A stretch of DNA of 64,000 nt from Catajapyx aquilonaris (taxonomy: Eukaryota): assembly GCA_000934665.2 (NCBI GenBank), contig KZ538527.1, forward strand, positions 1 to 64,000. The letters are read 5' to 3'. The notes under the pieces were generated by a model. The model was not told the DNA's origin. It worked only from the letters and a program-made list of their open reading frames with translations, and did no database searches. The translations under genes and the position numbers were made by a program. Positions 13,201-24,777 of the stretch are shown piece after piece (the stretch's first letter is position 1; each line of letters starts with the position of its first letter).

Positions 13201-16200
13201 TATTAGCTGTTTATATTATCCAGATTATATTAGCAGATTCTATTATCTATATTATATTAACTATATTATATTGGCTGAATATGTTATCTATACATTAGCT
13301 GTTATACTATATGTATGCTTAGCTATTATATTATCTATATTATATTGGCTGATTCTATTATCTGTATATTAGCTGTTATATTATATGCGTGCTTAGCTAT
13401 TATATTATCTGCAGTATATTAGCTACATTAGTTCTATGCGGTGATGAAGATGATGATCCTGTGCATGTGATAGTGGTTCAGGCTGTAGAACCGTCCCGAA
13501 TATTTCCATCATCAGTGTAGCGTAATAAAGTGTCATAATTATTTACTCGTCCAGGTGCTTCCCTGTTTTTATTACCACCTCCTCCCACCTCCCCCTGCCA
13601 TTAAAACTTTAAAAAAAGTATTAAAAAAATAAAGCAGGGTTGGAAATATGTTGTGGGGCGGATCAGAAGAGGCGGGCAATGGAGGATTAATTTGGGGACT
13701 TGCTGTAATGATTACAAGGGCGCCGAGCTCATTAGGGATTGTAAACACGTGTTTGTGTTTGTGTGTGTGTCGTGAGAGAGTGTGTGTGTGGACGAGCCAG
13801 CAGCAGCAGGCAAGCGAGAGAGGGGTTTTTGTTGGTGAAAGGGTCCGCTAGTAGGCGCGACTGGTGGTGGAAGAAGTAAAGGAAGCCGTCTGCTTGCTGG
13901 ATGGGATCAGTCAGGGTGCTGGACACCGTCTGCGAAGGAAGGCCCACTGCTCCCCCACAAATAATAGCCAATCGGGTGGCTCGCTGCGAAGGTGGGGGTG
14001 TCGGGAGAAAAGGTGGTGGTCTGACATGGGGGGATGAAGCGGGTGGGGGAGCCGGGAGGGAGGGGCCTATAATAGTTGACCTCTCATTTGTGTGGGGGAG
14101 GGGAAAGGAGTGTGTTTCCAATCCAGCCATGGACACCCTGCCCTTGCTGGTGGTCATCTGCTGCCTATCGCTTTTTCTGGTAAAGTAACAGCTATTTCTG
14201 GTGTTTGGCTATTTTAATAAGTGTACACTGGTGGAAATTAATGGATGTGCACAAGTATCGCCGCCTGGTGGAGCTTATTTTCCCTTCGCTTCATGTAGAG
14301 GAAAAGCTCCGCCAGGCGGCGATACTTGTGGGCATCCATTAATTTCCACCAGTGTACACACCGGATTTTGTGGTTTTGCGGGATTTTCCTATAAGGATTT
14401 CTGATGGGATTACCTTAAGGATTTGTTGGCTTTGCGAAGAGAGTTATGGGATTTGAGGGCTTGTGCCAAGGATTTGTTGGATTTACGAAAAGAATCGTGG
14501 GATATTTGTGATTGTACCATATTTATTGGATTTATGAAGCGAGTTACAGGATTCGTCGGATGACTTTATGAAATTACGAAGAGCTCTGGGATTGTCGTAA
14601 GGATTTATGAGATTTACGGAGAGAGTTATCCTATTTGCGCGGAGTATTTTTTCAGTAAATATTTGTGGATGAATGGATCTACTAATAAGGCCCTATAGTC
14701 GGTTACCTGAGCTTGGACTGCATGTTGTTGTTTTTTTTTAAAAAATCCTCCATCAGATGAGAGTTTGCGCCCCATTCTCTCTAATATATCATTATAAGTT
14801 ATCTGATTCCGGCCCCGCCTCCCTTCAACTGGGGATGGTCCATTAATCCAGCAGCCTCCTGGTAACGGGATTAGCTAATCCCGGATAGAGTTTAGCTGCT
14901 CTTCAACTTGCAAGTACACCAGGTCATTTGTATCTCGGATCATTCAAGTACCCCCCGGGATTTATTGCACGGTTACTATACGCTTATTACGTTATAATGT
15001 AGTAGAAGAAGATGATGAAGTAGGCGTAGTAGTAGCAACTGCTACTACTACTGCCTACTGGTAGAAGTATAAGACTACTGTTATGTACTGAAGAAGACAT
15101 GGATTGTTTACTACAGCAACCATTGGCGCAGCATTGTTGCTTCTCTTCTGACAACTTTTTGCTAGGGTAAACAATCTTGCAACGAGTCACGCTGTTGACT
15201 TGGCAGTGCTCCATGGTGTATACGCAAATGCATGAAGTATAGCTATAACAGCTATACAAATTATCGAGCAGTTATAAGTAATCAGCTATAACTAGATAAT
15301 CAGTTATTATTAAGCAGCTGTAACTTAGTAACCAGTTGTAAGCAAGCCGTTATAACTAGGTCACTCGTTACAACTAGATAACCAGTTATATAAGTAATCA
15401 GCAGTTGTAATAACTAGAGTTACAAGTAGCAAGTCATGATTAGGTAACCAGTTACAAGTAACAAGTTATGATTAGGTAACCAGTTACAAGTAATAACTTG
15501 TAACTAGTTATAAGTAATAAGTTATAACGAGTAATAACTTGTAATAGTTATAAGTAATAAGTTACTACGAGTAATAGTTAAGTAATAAGTTACTACTAGT
15601 AATAGTTAAGTAATAAGTTACTACTAGTAATAGTTAAGTAATAAGTTACTACTAGTAATAAGTTCTAACTAGTTATAAGTAATAAGTTACAACTAGTAAT
15701 AAGTTCTAACTAGTTATAAGGAATAAGTTACAACTAGTAATAACTTGTTATAAGTAATAAGTTATAACTAGTAATAACTTGTAACTATAGATAACCAGTT
15801 ATAAGTAAGCAGTTACGACTAGGTAACCAGTTATGATTAGGTAACTAGTTATAATTAATCAGATATATAACTATAGGCAATTGGTTATAACCGAGTAAGA
15901 AGTTATAACAGCTACTTTTCATATCAGTTGCGCAGAGATGATACGTTTGACTTGTGAGAAAGCGGGTGTGAATAGGCGTAGATGTATTTAGTTGGAGGTT
16001 TTTTCCCCCCACCGCCCACCCACCCACCCACTGACAAAAAAAAACTAGGAGAGGAAAAAAAATAATAAAAAAGGATCTGTTGGATGTAGCCATGCAGCAA
16101 GCTGCTTAGCCCCGTGGCTAAAAGCGTGACGTTTTTTAGAGGTGTCCTCGCTCTGAAAGGACCGTTCAAGGGAGGGGGAGGGGGGAACGGAAGGAGGAGG

Positions 16201-19200
16201 GGGGGGGGAGGGTTTAAAAAAATATTTTTTTTAAAAAAATCGGTTGGGTACCTTGGAACTGGTTTATATGTGGTCGCACGAATCCCACGTTGCCACCTGC
16301 CCCTCCCTCCTTCCCTCCCTCCCTCCCTCCCTCCCCACCCATCCTCCTCTAGGATGAAAGTCTCAGCTAGTTGCCTTGTTAACTAAGCCGGCTTCCCGAT
16401 TTGGTCAATTGTGATACTAGCTGACCCCCGCAACGTAAACGAGCTGAGAGTCAGCCAGCTGCTGCTCACTGCCCCTCCCCCAGACTGGAAGAAGCTATAA
16501 GAAGAAGAAGGCACAGGGTGGGTAGCAACATAATTATATTTATGCAATATAGTGTCTCAGTATAGTACAGTGCCCGTCACATACATGGCGCATCGTCACT
16601 CTCAGGGTCGTGGGAGGGGTACTGGGTAGGCTACTATTCGATGGTTTTTTTTTAAACGAGCGCAACCGAGTGCGCACCACAGTTCGCGCAGCTTGCAGGG
16701 TTGGCTTTATTATAATAACTGTAGCAGCGGAGCCCGTTCTTCGCACCAACTGTTTCCTCTGTGTGTGTGGGGGGGGGGGGGGGNNNNNNNNNNNNNNNNN
16801 NNNNNNNNNNNNNNNNNNNNNNNNNNNNNNNNNNNNNNNNNNNNNNNNNNNNNNNNNNNNNNNNNNNNNNNNNNNNNNNNNNNNNNNNNNNNNNNNNNNN
16901 NNNNNNNNNNNNNNNNNNNNNNNNNNNNNNNNNNNNNNNNNNNNNNNNNNGGGGGGGGGGGGGGGGGGAATGGTCGACGTTGTCTACGCTGCCAATGGAA
17001 CGAATATAGGTGTTAATTATTATTTTACCCCTTCGAAGTAACTCGGGGAACGTTGTTGTCAGAACAATGGAGCTGCGCGAGTGTGGGTGCGCACTCGGTT
17101 GCGCTCGTAAAAACAAAAACCATTTATACCACCTGCCTGACGACTCACAATGGACAAACAGAAGCGCAGTCCACTGACACTCCTACCCCAGCATTATGGA
17201 GACCCCCGTGCCCGTATCAGCTGTCATTCGTATAGGGTTGGCGCTTCGGAGACTCTGTATTGTAGCGCTCAACTGTGTGAGGATCCTGGCGGACGATTAT
17301 AGCACTTCGCATCGATATTATAAAACCGTGGATTGCACTATAAAGGCATAATCGTCCGCCAGGATGGCCACACAGTTGAGCACTACAGCAGCGCCGAAGC
17401 GGCAACCCTACGGATGACAGCTGGGCACCGGGGTCTCCATAAGGCTGGGGTAGGAGTGTCAGTGGGCCATACCCGGCAGGATATTCCCTACACAGCGCAG
17501 TCATTGGTATTTCCTCCTAGCACGACCCTTAACGGACAAATATGCAAAATATGATTCATCTTTTTCTTCTTGTCTTCTCCTTCCCCCCNCCCCCCCCCCA
17601 TTTCACCCCCTTCCATATTTGGACGATGGGGAAAAAGATGGCCGTCGAAAAGGGGTTGCGACCTCTTGGAGGTTTTGATCCGACCGCAATATGCAGCAGT
17701 CCTCCCTCGAAGGAATGGGAAAGGGGGGAACTTGCAAGGCTAACATACTACACATATGTGGGCGACGTGTGTACTACCTTTTGCTATACACGGTGTTGGA
17801 AATGTAATTGGCTGGATAACAGTGGGGCGTGGTCGGACCAGTCATCATCATCATCATCATCTAGAGAGGGCTAGGGAGGGCATGGTAAGGAAGCGGTGAC
17901 ATTAGGATTGACTCGACCTCGATTAATTGCGGGGTCTAAATGGATGCAAACGAGATTGGCAATGAGACAGGGTGGCCAACTCTGCAGCACCCACCCACCC
18001 ACCCTCCCCACACATGCATCACTTGTTTGTTATGTTATCGCAAAGGTGGCCAACACCTGCTGCTTATTGCACACAGTGAAAGTGCGTCCTATTTGGCTTC
18101 AAAGCGTGAAGGCTGCAATGAGGATCCTACTTTTATGTACTACGGAGCATCAATCACGAGATTACACCGGAAGTGCCGGCGGAAATCAGGAACCAGGATA
18201 AGACTAGCGCAGCTGAAGGACAAGGACTCCAGTGGACATGTGGCGTATCCAGAAAAAAAACAAAAAAAAACACTTTTCTGGGGGGCAATTAACCTCTCCG
18301 ACCTTATCTAGGTTTGAAGCTCATTATTTCGGTAACGAGGCTTCGTACACATAATGACACCTCTACGTAAAATGATGCTCTATTGCACACGAACTCACCC
18401 TGTAAGTTTGTCCAATTCATTATGGCGCACTCTATTATGTGAAATAGGCGGCGGGGTAGCTTTTGCTTCATTTCGAGCAGCTATCTTTAGTCAACAGCTA
18501 TCGATATTAGATTAAACGGCTTTTTATAGATATGTTGCTTATCCAAGCAGCTACTTGTTTTAGTCGACAGCTAAACTGCGAATTTTGTAACTATATGATG
18601 ATGCTTATTTAAGCTGCTATTTTTATTCAACAGCTACTGGTATTGATATTTGGTTCAATTGCTATTCTTGTAGATATGTTGCTTATTTAAGCTGTTTCAT
18701 TTAGTCAATAACAGCTATCTACAGGGTGGTCCAAGTTCAAGTGTCGTTTTATAACGGCGATTAATAGCAGCGATTTTGCGATGACGTAGCAGCGACGCGT
18801 AAAATGTCCCACTTCGGCGCAATCGAAGTGGACAATTTTACACGTCGCTGCTACGTCATCGTTAAGCGCTTCTATTAATCGCCGTTATAAAACGACACTT
18901 GAACTTGGACCACACTGTATATTATGTTAAATGACGACTTTTGTGTTGTTTATTTAATCTGCTACTTTTAGTGAACAGCTATTGATATTAGGTTAAATGG
19001 CTACTCTTGTCGCCATGTTGCTTATTGAAGCTGCTAACTTTGAGCCAACAGCTTAAATATAGCTACTGTTGTAACGATGTTGCTTATTTAAACAGCTACC
19101 TTAAGCCAACAGCTATTGATATTAGGTTAATTGGCGACTTTTGTAGCGATGTTCCGAATTTAAGCTTCTACTCTTAGTCAACAACTATTGATAATAAGTT

Positions 19201-19773
19201 GCATAATATCTGCTCTTATAGCTATACGCTGCTTATTTAAGCTTCTACATTTAGCCAACAGCTATTGATATATGTTTAATGGCCACTTATGTAGCTACAT
19301 ATCTTATTTAAGCTGCTATACAGGGTGGTCCAAGTTCAAGTGTCGTTTTATAACGGCGATTAATAGCAGTGATTTTGCGATGACGTAGCAGCGACGCGTA
19401 AAATGTCCCACTTCGGCGCATCTTCGGCGCCATCGAAGTGGGCAATTTTACACGTCGCTGCTACGTCATCGTTAAGCGCTTCTATTAATCGCCGTTATAA
19501 AACGACACTTGAACTTGGACCACCCTGTATTTAGCCAACAGGTATTGATATGTTTAATGGTGACCGAAGCAGTGCAGTGGTGGCGGAGGGGGATATGGTA
19601 TCCGACTGCTAATCGGGAGGTCCTGGGTTCGAATCCCGGTGCCGGCAACTCCCTAACCGTGGTTTTCTGTGGTTTCCTACGGGTTCCTCCAGGAGAATTC
19701 CGGAGTTGTTTCCTAAACTAATAGGCCACAGCCGCCTCCTTCCTTTCCTATCCTATCCCAAAAAGCGCAGTAA

Positions 19774-19807
<34 letters not shown>

Positions 19808-22800
19808 GTTTAATGATGACTTATATGTAGCTACATAGCTTATTTAAGCTGCTATATTTAGCCAACAGCTATTGGGTAAAATGGCACACGGTACTGTATG
19901 TATTATGTAATTGTCCAAAAACATAAGCAGATTATGAGGTTATAGTGCCTAGCAAAAAAAGTGAATGAAACTGATACTTTCTTTAGTCGGTTTTTGTTGC
20001 TCTGGACCAGTGTTAAAGTGTGATTTTTTTAAAGGGTAATAAGTTACTCCGTTGTTGTTTTTTAGGCTGATGGTACCTTCCACTTTTTTTTTAAAAAAAA
20101 GAAAAAGGCGGGCGCATATTTATTGACCGTGACCGTTAGTCCTTCTCGCGAAAAAGTAAGCGCGAGGGAAGAAGAAGAAAAAAATTTGGCGAGAGCAAAA
20201 GTTGAGTAAACTGATGGGTTGACTTGGGGCCCCCATCTGGATATTCAGGGCCGTTTCATGCCTGCACACATGCACACACATCTATGCAACATACAAGGGG
20301 CTCTGTGCTCTCTCTCTCTCTCTCTCTGTGCGTGTGTAACAAGATGAGTATGTTAACTCCGATGGATCAGCCTTCAACTTCCCCGGGGGGGAAAAAAAGC
20401 AAAAACCTTTATATCATCAATATCGCGGACAATTATTTGCACATGTGACAGTTGGCAGCATTGGCGCAAAAAAAGTGCAAAAAGAAAGATGACATGTGGT
20501 TGGCAGCACGTGACTAGGAGGATTGCAGCTGCTGGTCACAGGGTGGCGCATTGCCCCCACGGAAATAGTTGGCAAAGCCACAATAACGTTCGTTTTCCAC
20601 GCACAATGATGAGGACCTCATTATATATTGGCATCAGTAACCTGGCAATAAATAAAAAAGTCTACTCGAATCACGCTACTTTTTTTTACTTTTTTAAAAA
20701 ATTATTATTATTATTTGCAAATTACGTTTGGATCATACACTGTGTAGACTTGGCAGGCATTTGCAGGCCGTCCCTGAATTTTTGTTAGTGATACGTGATA
20801 CGCAACGTGTTATAGAAGCAGAGGTATGCATGATGGTGCTTGCGAATAGTTTTGTTCGCACAAAAACATTAAGCGAGTGTGGTGTGTATGCGCGGTCATA
20901 GATGAAATAGTATCAGGCGTGCGAGGCGAGGAATCAGATTAGCTTGGGTATTATCCTTGAAGCTGCGTGACCAGGCTGACACCTTGACAGCCAGAATTTT
21001 AAATAGGCAAACCCAATGCCCCTTTCATGTTGAAAATATTGTATTAAATTTGTTGTTATTACCGTATTTAAAATATAGGATGTGGGGTGCGATGATGTTG
21101 TTGGATCCGGGAGACGTCGCGACTCTTGCGGAGTCTGCGGTGGAGACAACTCCACGTGCAGGATGGTCTCCGGATTGTTCACCAGGCCGCAGCTTCCAGT
21201 CGGCTATAACTTGATTGCCCAAATACCCAGAGGCGCATGTAACGTCAACGTCACCGAGCTGCAAAGGTCCAGGAACTACCTCGGTAAGAAAATGAATAAA
21301 AATTAAATTCGAAGAAAATTATTAATTAATTAATATACATACCAGCATTGAGAGCGGAAGATGGCAGCTACATTGTTAACGGCAACTGGGCCATCAGCTG
21401 GAGCGGTGTTCACAATGCGGCTGGCACACAGTTTCACTACCAGAGACAGGACCAGCAGGGCCGCCCCGAGGCCATCTCCGCACCAGGTCCGCTCAACCAG
21501 CCAGTCGACCTGATGGTGATCTACCAGCAGCCGAACCCTGGGATCAAGTACGAGTATATGATGCCGGTGTCGCCAGGTACGATACTGTTGTCAAGTTGGA
21601 GAGCCTTAAACTATTTACAACGTTGGTTTCAGGCAGCAAAGATGGCGAGGACGCTCCGGATTCTCTCAACAGGCGGTAAGCGATTTACGGTATGTCATAT
21701 TTAGTAACACAATAGCGTCCTTACAGCGTCGGCGATGAGACGCCCGTGTTAGAACCTGCCAGAGTACCGTCTGGTGGGAGCAAACGGGTCAGCAACAAAC
21801 GGAGGCCCAACAAAGGGAAGTTTGTATGGAAGGTCACTTCGGCCACGTCGCAATGCTCCAAGTCTTGCGGAGGAGGTCAGTTGCGCCCGTTTGATTTAAC
21901 ATGTCTTATATGTTTATCCCGCCGGTAGGTGTTCAGAGTGCGGTGCTAGCCTGCGTTAAGGAGTCGACTTCGGCGGCAGTTCCAGACAGAAAGTGCAGGT
22001 TGCAAGAAAAGCCGGTTGCACCGCTGCTCGGTTGTAACTTGCAGCCATGTCCAGAGTAAGTAAGCGGATCATGAATGTCTGCCAGCTACTCATTTGCTGT
22101 TGTAGATCAGGCAAGGAGGACGCATCCAGGAAGACGTGTCTGGAAACAGCGGAGGGCGGATCTAAAGATCCGCAGCTGTGTCCACAGGCTGATCGTCCGC
22201 CAGCTGCTGGGCCTGAAGCGGACTCGTCTCCTATGTGGCTGTTCACCGAGTGGTCTGAAGAGGTAAGCGGTACATTGCTTCAGATGCGCTCACTGTTGAT
22301 ATGCGTTTCATTAGTGCTCTGAAGAGTGCGGAAGAGGCATCCAAAGCCGACTGGTCCGTTGCTGGACTGCGGATGGGAACTGCGAGGCTTCAAGCAGGCC
22401 GGAGATCAACAGGCATTGCTCCAGCGACAGGCAGTGCAGAGGGCAGTGGTTCGCCGGGCCGTGGAGCCAGTGTTCGTCACTGTGGTGCGGGCAAGAAGGC
22501 CGTCAGCGTCGACAGGTCGTATGCGTATCGTTCCTTCACGGCCAGCTGAGGGTGTCCTTAGACACCGAATGTGCCGGACAGGAGCGTCCCCCAAATGAGC
22601 AGCCATGCAGGCGGCCAGAGTCGGAGTGTCAATCCCAGCCGCAGCATTGGTTCAGATCGGACTGGGGCCAATGCAGCGAGCCATGTGGGGTCGGAGTGCA
22701 GAAGCGAACTGTGCTGTGCCTCGGAGCGACCCCAAGCGCCACCGGGGTCGGCACCGGATGCCCCCCGAGTCTAAAGCCGCCATCGAGACGGCCGTGCAAC

Positions 22801-23899
22801 ACACAACCATGCCAACATAACGGATCAGACTCCCAGATGCCATCCAAAGGTACATAGTCGCACCAATGACATAACCAGGATGTAAGCCCCGCATTTAGAA
22901 GTCGAGGAATTCTGGCCAGACCCATTAACCGCGATATATATCGGGGTCGTTGCATTTTTTAGGTGCAGTGTATGTATACAGAAAGCAATATTTAGAACTT
23001 GCAGCAACCACACATGGCGAAATAATTTGGGAGCTGGCTCACCGCACACTGCATACCTCCCATTTGAATAGGAACTTAAGCCGAGTGATGCTTGATCTTC
23101 AGCAGATGCTTTTCAGGGGGGGGGGGGATAATTTTAGACAAACCCGCCCCGCTTAATATGTGAAATGACTCATTACCCTCATTCCTCAAGCGTAATGAGG
23201 GTAATGAAGGATTTGCGATGGTTATCACTGCACGGCAACATCTTCAGAAATAGACACCACGTGACACGTATAGAAAAGACTGAAAAAGTATTACAAACAC
23301 GTGTGGGGTCCTTACAAGTTTAGCTTTGATCCGTATTATTATTTTGTACGTAAGTTTGTGTGTTTAACCACTTCATACCGATTTCTTACCCATTTCGTAC
23401 CTGTTTATTAATACAGGAAAAGTTTGCTCGTTTGTCCATTTCGAACCAATTTTATACCAATTTTATACCAATTTTACACCAATTTCATATTAATTTCGTA
23501 CCAATTTTAATTCTCATTTTACGCTAATGTTATACCAATTTTGTACCAATTTCATACCCATTTTACACGAATTGTGTACGTTCATTTTACAGTAATTTCA
23601 TATTCATTTCATGCTCATTTTAAACTCATTTCCTACCCACTTTATACGCTTTTTCGTACCCATTTCGTACCCATTTCGTACCCATGTATAATATATACAG
23701 GCAGAGTTCGTTTGTTTGTCCAGGTAACCCAACCTAACATGATGGTTCTGATTCAGATGCAGACAGCACTGGCTGTGTGGACAAGTTCCGCAACTGCCAC
23801 CTGGTCGTGCAGGCCAGGCTATGCCGGTACAAGTACTACAAGACCGAATGCTGCAGCTCCTGCCTCGACTCCCCAGTCGGAGCAGGCCCAGACAGTTAG
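4223..23899 (+). CDS. THSD4: ADAMTS-like secreted matrix protein, THSD4/ADAMTSL6 (Drosophila lonely heart) type; 14 coding exons: 4223-4245, 6688-6769, 6922-7046, 9631-9751, 9844-9946, 10025-10161, 21079-21283, 21346-21576, 21633-21675, 21727-21875, 21929-22055, 22106-22262, 22315-22849, 23757-23899
   Basis: Phase-consistent GT-AG splicing gives signal peptide [27 protein letters not shown]1 ([17 protein letters not shown]...[12 protein letters not shown]), Cys-rich module ([52 protein letters not shown]), spacer ([28 protein letters not shown]), further TSRs and a C-terminal PLAC ([30 protein letters not shown]). No protease domain. AATAAA near 24329. Confidence 0.88.
4300..5500. repeat. Degenerate tandem array (TTAACGGCCAGTTAAGCAC / GATATTTGACACCATC units)
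   Basis: Recurrent motifs filling THSD4 intron 1. Confidence 0.8.
7318..7664. mobile_element. Palindromic MITE, P-element-like, copy 1 (nested in a TAGATG-family element)
   Basis: ~150-bp inverted arms starting CAGGGAGCATATACTAC; flanks ccttaga/tcttaga (7-bp TSD, 1 mismatch). Confidence 0.85.
14129..14179 (+). CDS. Candidate alternative first coding exon (signal peptide [17 protein letters not shown]) of a short THSD4 isoform
   Basis: gccATGG context, 17 mostly hydrophobic codons and a phase-0 donor CTG|GTAAAG compatible with the phase-0 acceptor at 21079; lies in the 10.9-kb intron. Confidence 0.55.
14226..14354. mobile_element. Short palindromic MITE, Tc1/mariner-like
   Basis: TA|CACTGGTGGAAATTAATGGATG...CATCCATTAATTTCCACCAGTG|TA. 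Confidence 0.8.
15240..15915. repeat. Degenerate short-period array (TAACTAGT/TATAAGTAATAAGT)
   Basis: Direct reading. Confidence 0.85.
16769..16968. other. Assembly gap flanked by poly-G
   Basis: N run between G tracts; a smaller one at 11223-11229. Confidence 0.95.
17170..17467. mobile_element. Foldback/MITE-like long imperfect inverted repeat
   Basis: CCACTGACACTCCTACCCCAGC...GCTGGGGTAGGAGTGTCAGTGG, with complementarity continuing ~130 bp inward. Confidence 0.65.
18722..18917. mobile_element. Palindromic MITE, Tc1/mariner-like, copy 1
   Basis: TA|CAGGGTGGTCCAAGTTCAAGTGTCG...CGACACTTGAACTTGGACCACACTG|TA. Confidence 0.85.
19321..19527. mobile_element. Palindromic MITE, Tc1/mariner-like, copy 2
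   Basis: Near-identical to 18722-18917, TA flanks, small central duplication (cttcggcgc x2). Confidence 0.85.
19563..19803 (+). mobile_element. tRNA-derived SINE family A, copy 1
   Basis: A box TGGCGGAGGGG, B box GGTTCGAATCC, shared body, (TTA)n tail, TSD atatgtttaatg(g/a)tg. Confidence 0.85.
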
Positions 23900-24777
23900 C
23901 GAGAGAGACCAGAGCGTGGCCCCCCGCAAAATGATACGTACACGTTGTTCAAAAATAATTGTGGTTTCCCCCACTCCCCCCCAAGGAGACCCCCCAACAG
24001 AGGTTTTTGCCGAACCCCGCACCCACCTCTACCCCTGCAGTGCATACCCTCTCCATTTCGTGCCATAGTCAAGACGAATCAAGAACCTATGGAAATAAAA
24101 AAGCAAATCATGCCCAGGTTTTTAAAAAAAAGACTGAATCCGTACCGAGTTGCATGGACTTGTCACTTTTTGTATGGTTCCCCCTCTAACTTATTATAAC
24201 TCCCAATTTTCGATGGTTCTTCGATTAGAAGAGATTTTGTGTCGAGTGATCAGTGCAGCGTCCATGTTTGTAATGTTTTGATAGGTGTAAGTACAGCAGA
24301 AAAAGTGCTTTTAATCAATTTCCGCTCCAATAAAACGACAGAAACATTCAGGATAAGCCGATAACTTTCAGTCACAGCGAATCAATGCCGTCGCAATTAG
24401 CTCCCAAACTTTATTGAAGCCATTGTTTATTATCTGACCGAACACACAAACATGTAAATAATATGGTAATAAAAATATCAATTTGAGAAAAAACAACCAC
24501 GTTCATTTATTATCCATCATAAATTTTAAACCCCAGTTAACTCCATAATAAAGTAACAAATTAATCAAAAAGGTGAAATCGACACATGAATCGACAGATA
24601 TGTACACTTGTTCACTCCTTACACGAAGGCAAAAATAACAAAGGCCAAGACTGGAAGAAGGGGGGATCTCAAAAGGGCCTACACTAAACAGTACAAATGG
24701 AAAAAGGTTACGCACATGACCCGTGTAAATGTTCCCCAAAATTTCCCCGGAAATACTTGCGTTGTTCAGGTCAAAGT

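Noticed and set aside
16610..17116. ORFs spanning the N run
   Set aside because: Artefacts of the assembly gap and poly-G.
19563..19648. tRNA-Ser gene (and tRNA-like heads at 26847, 27212, 49320-49400)
   Set aside because: Followed by a shared body, simple-repeat tail and TSD, so these are SINE heads; acceptor stems are poor.
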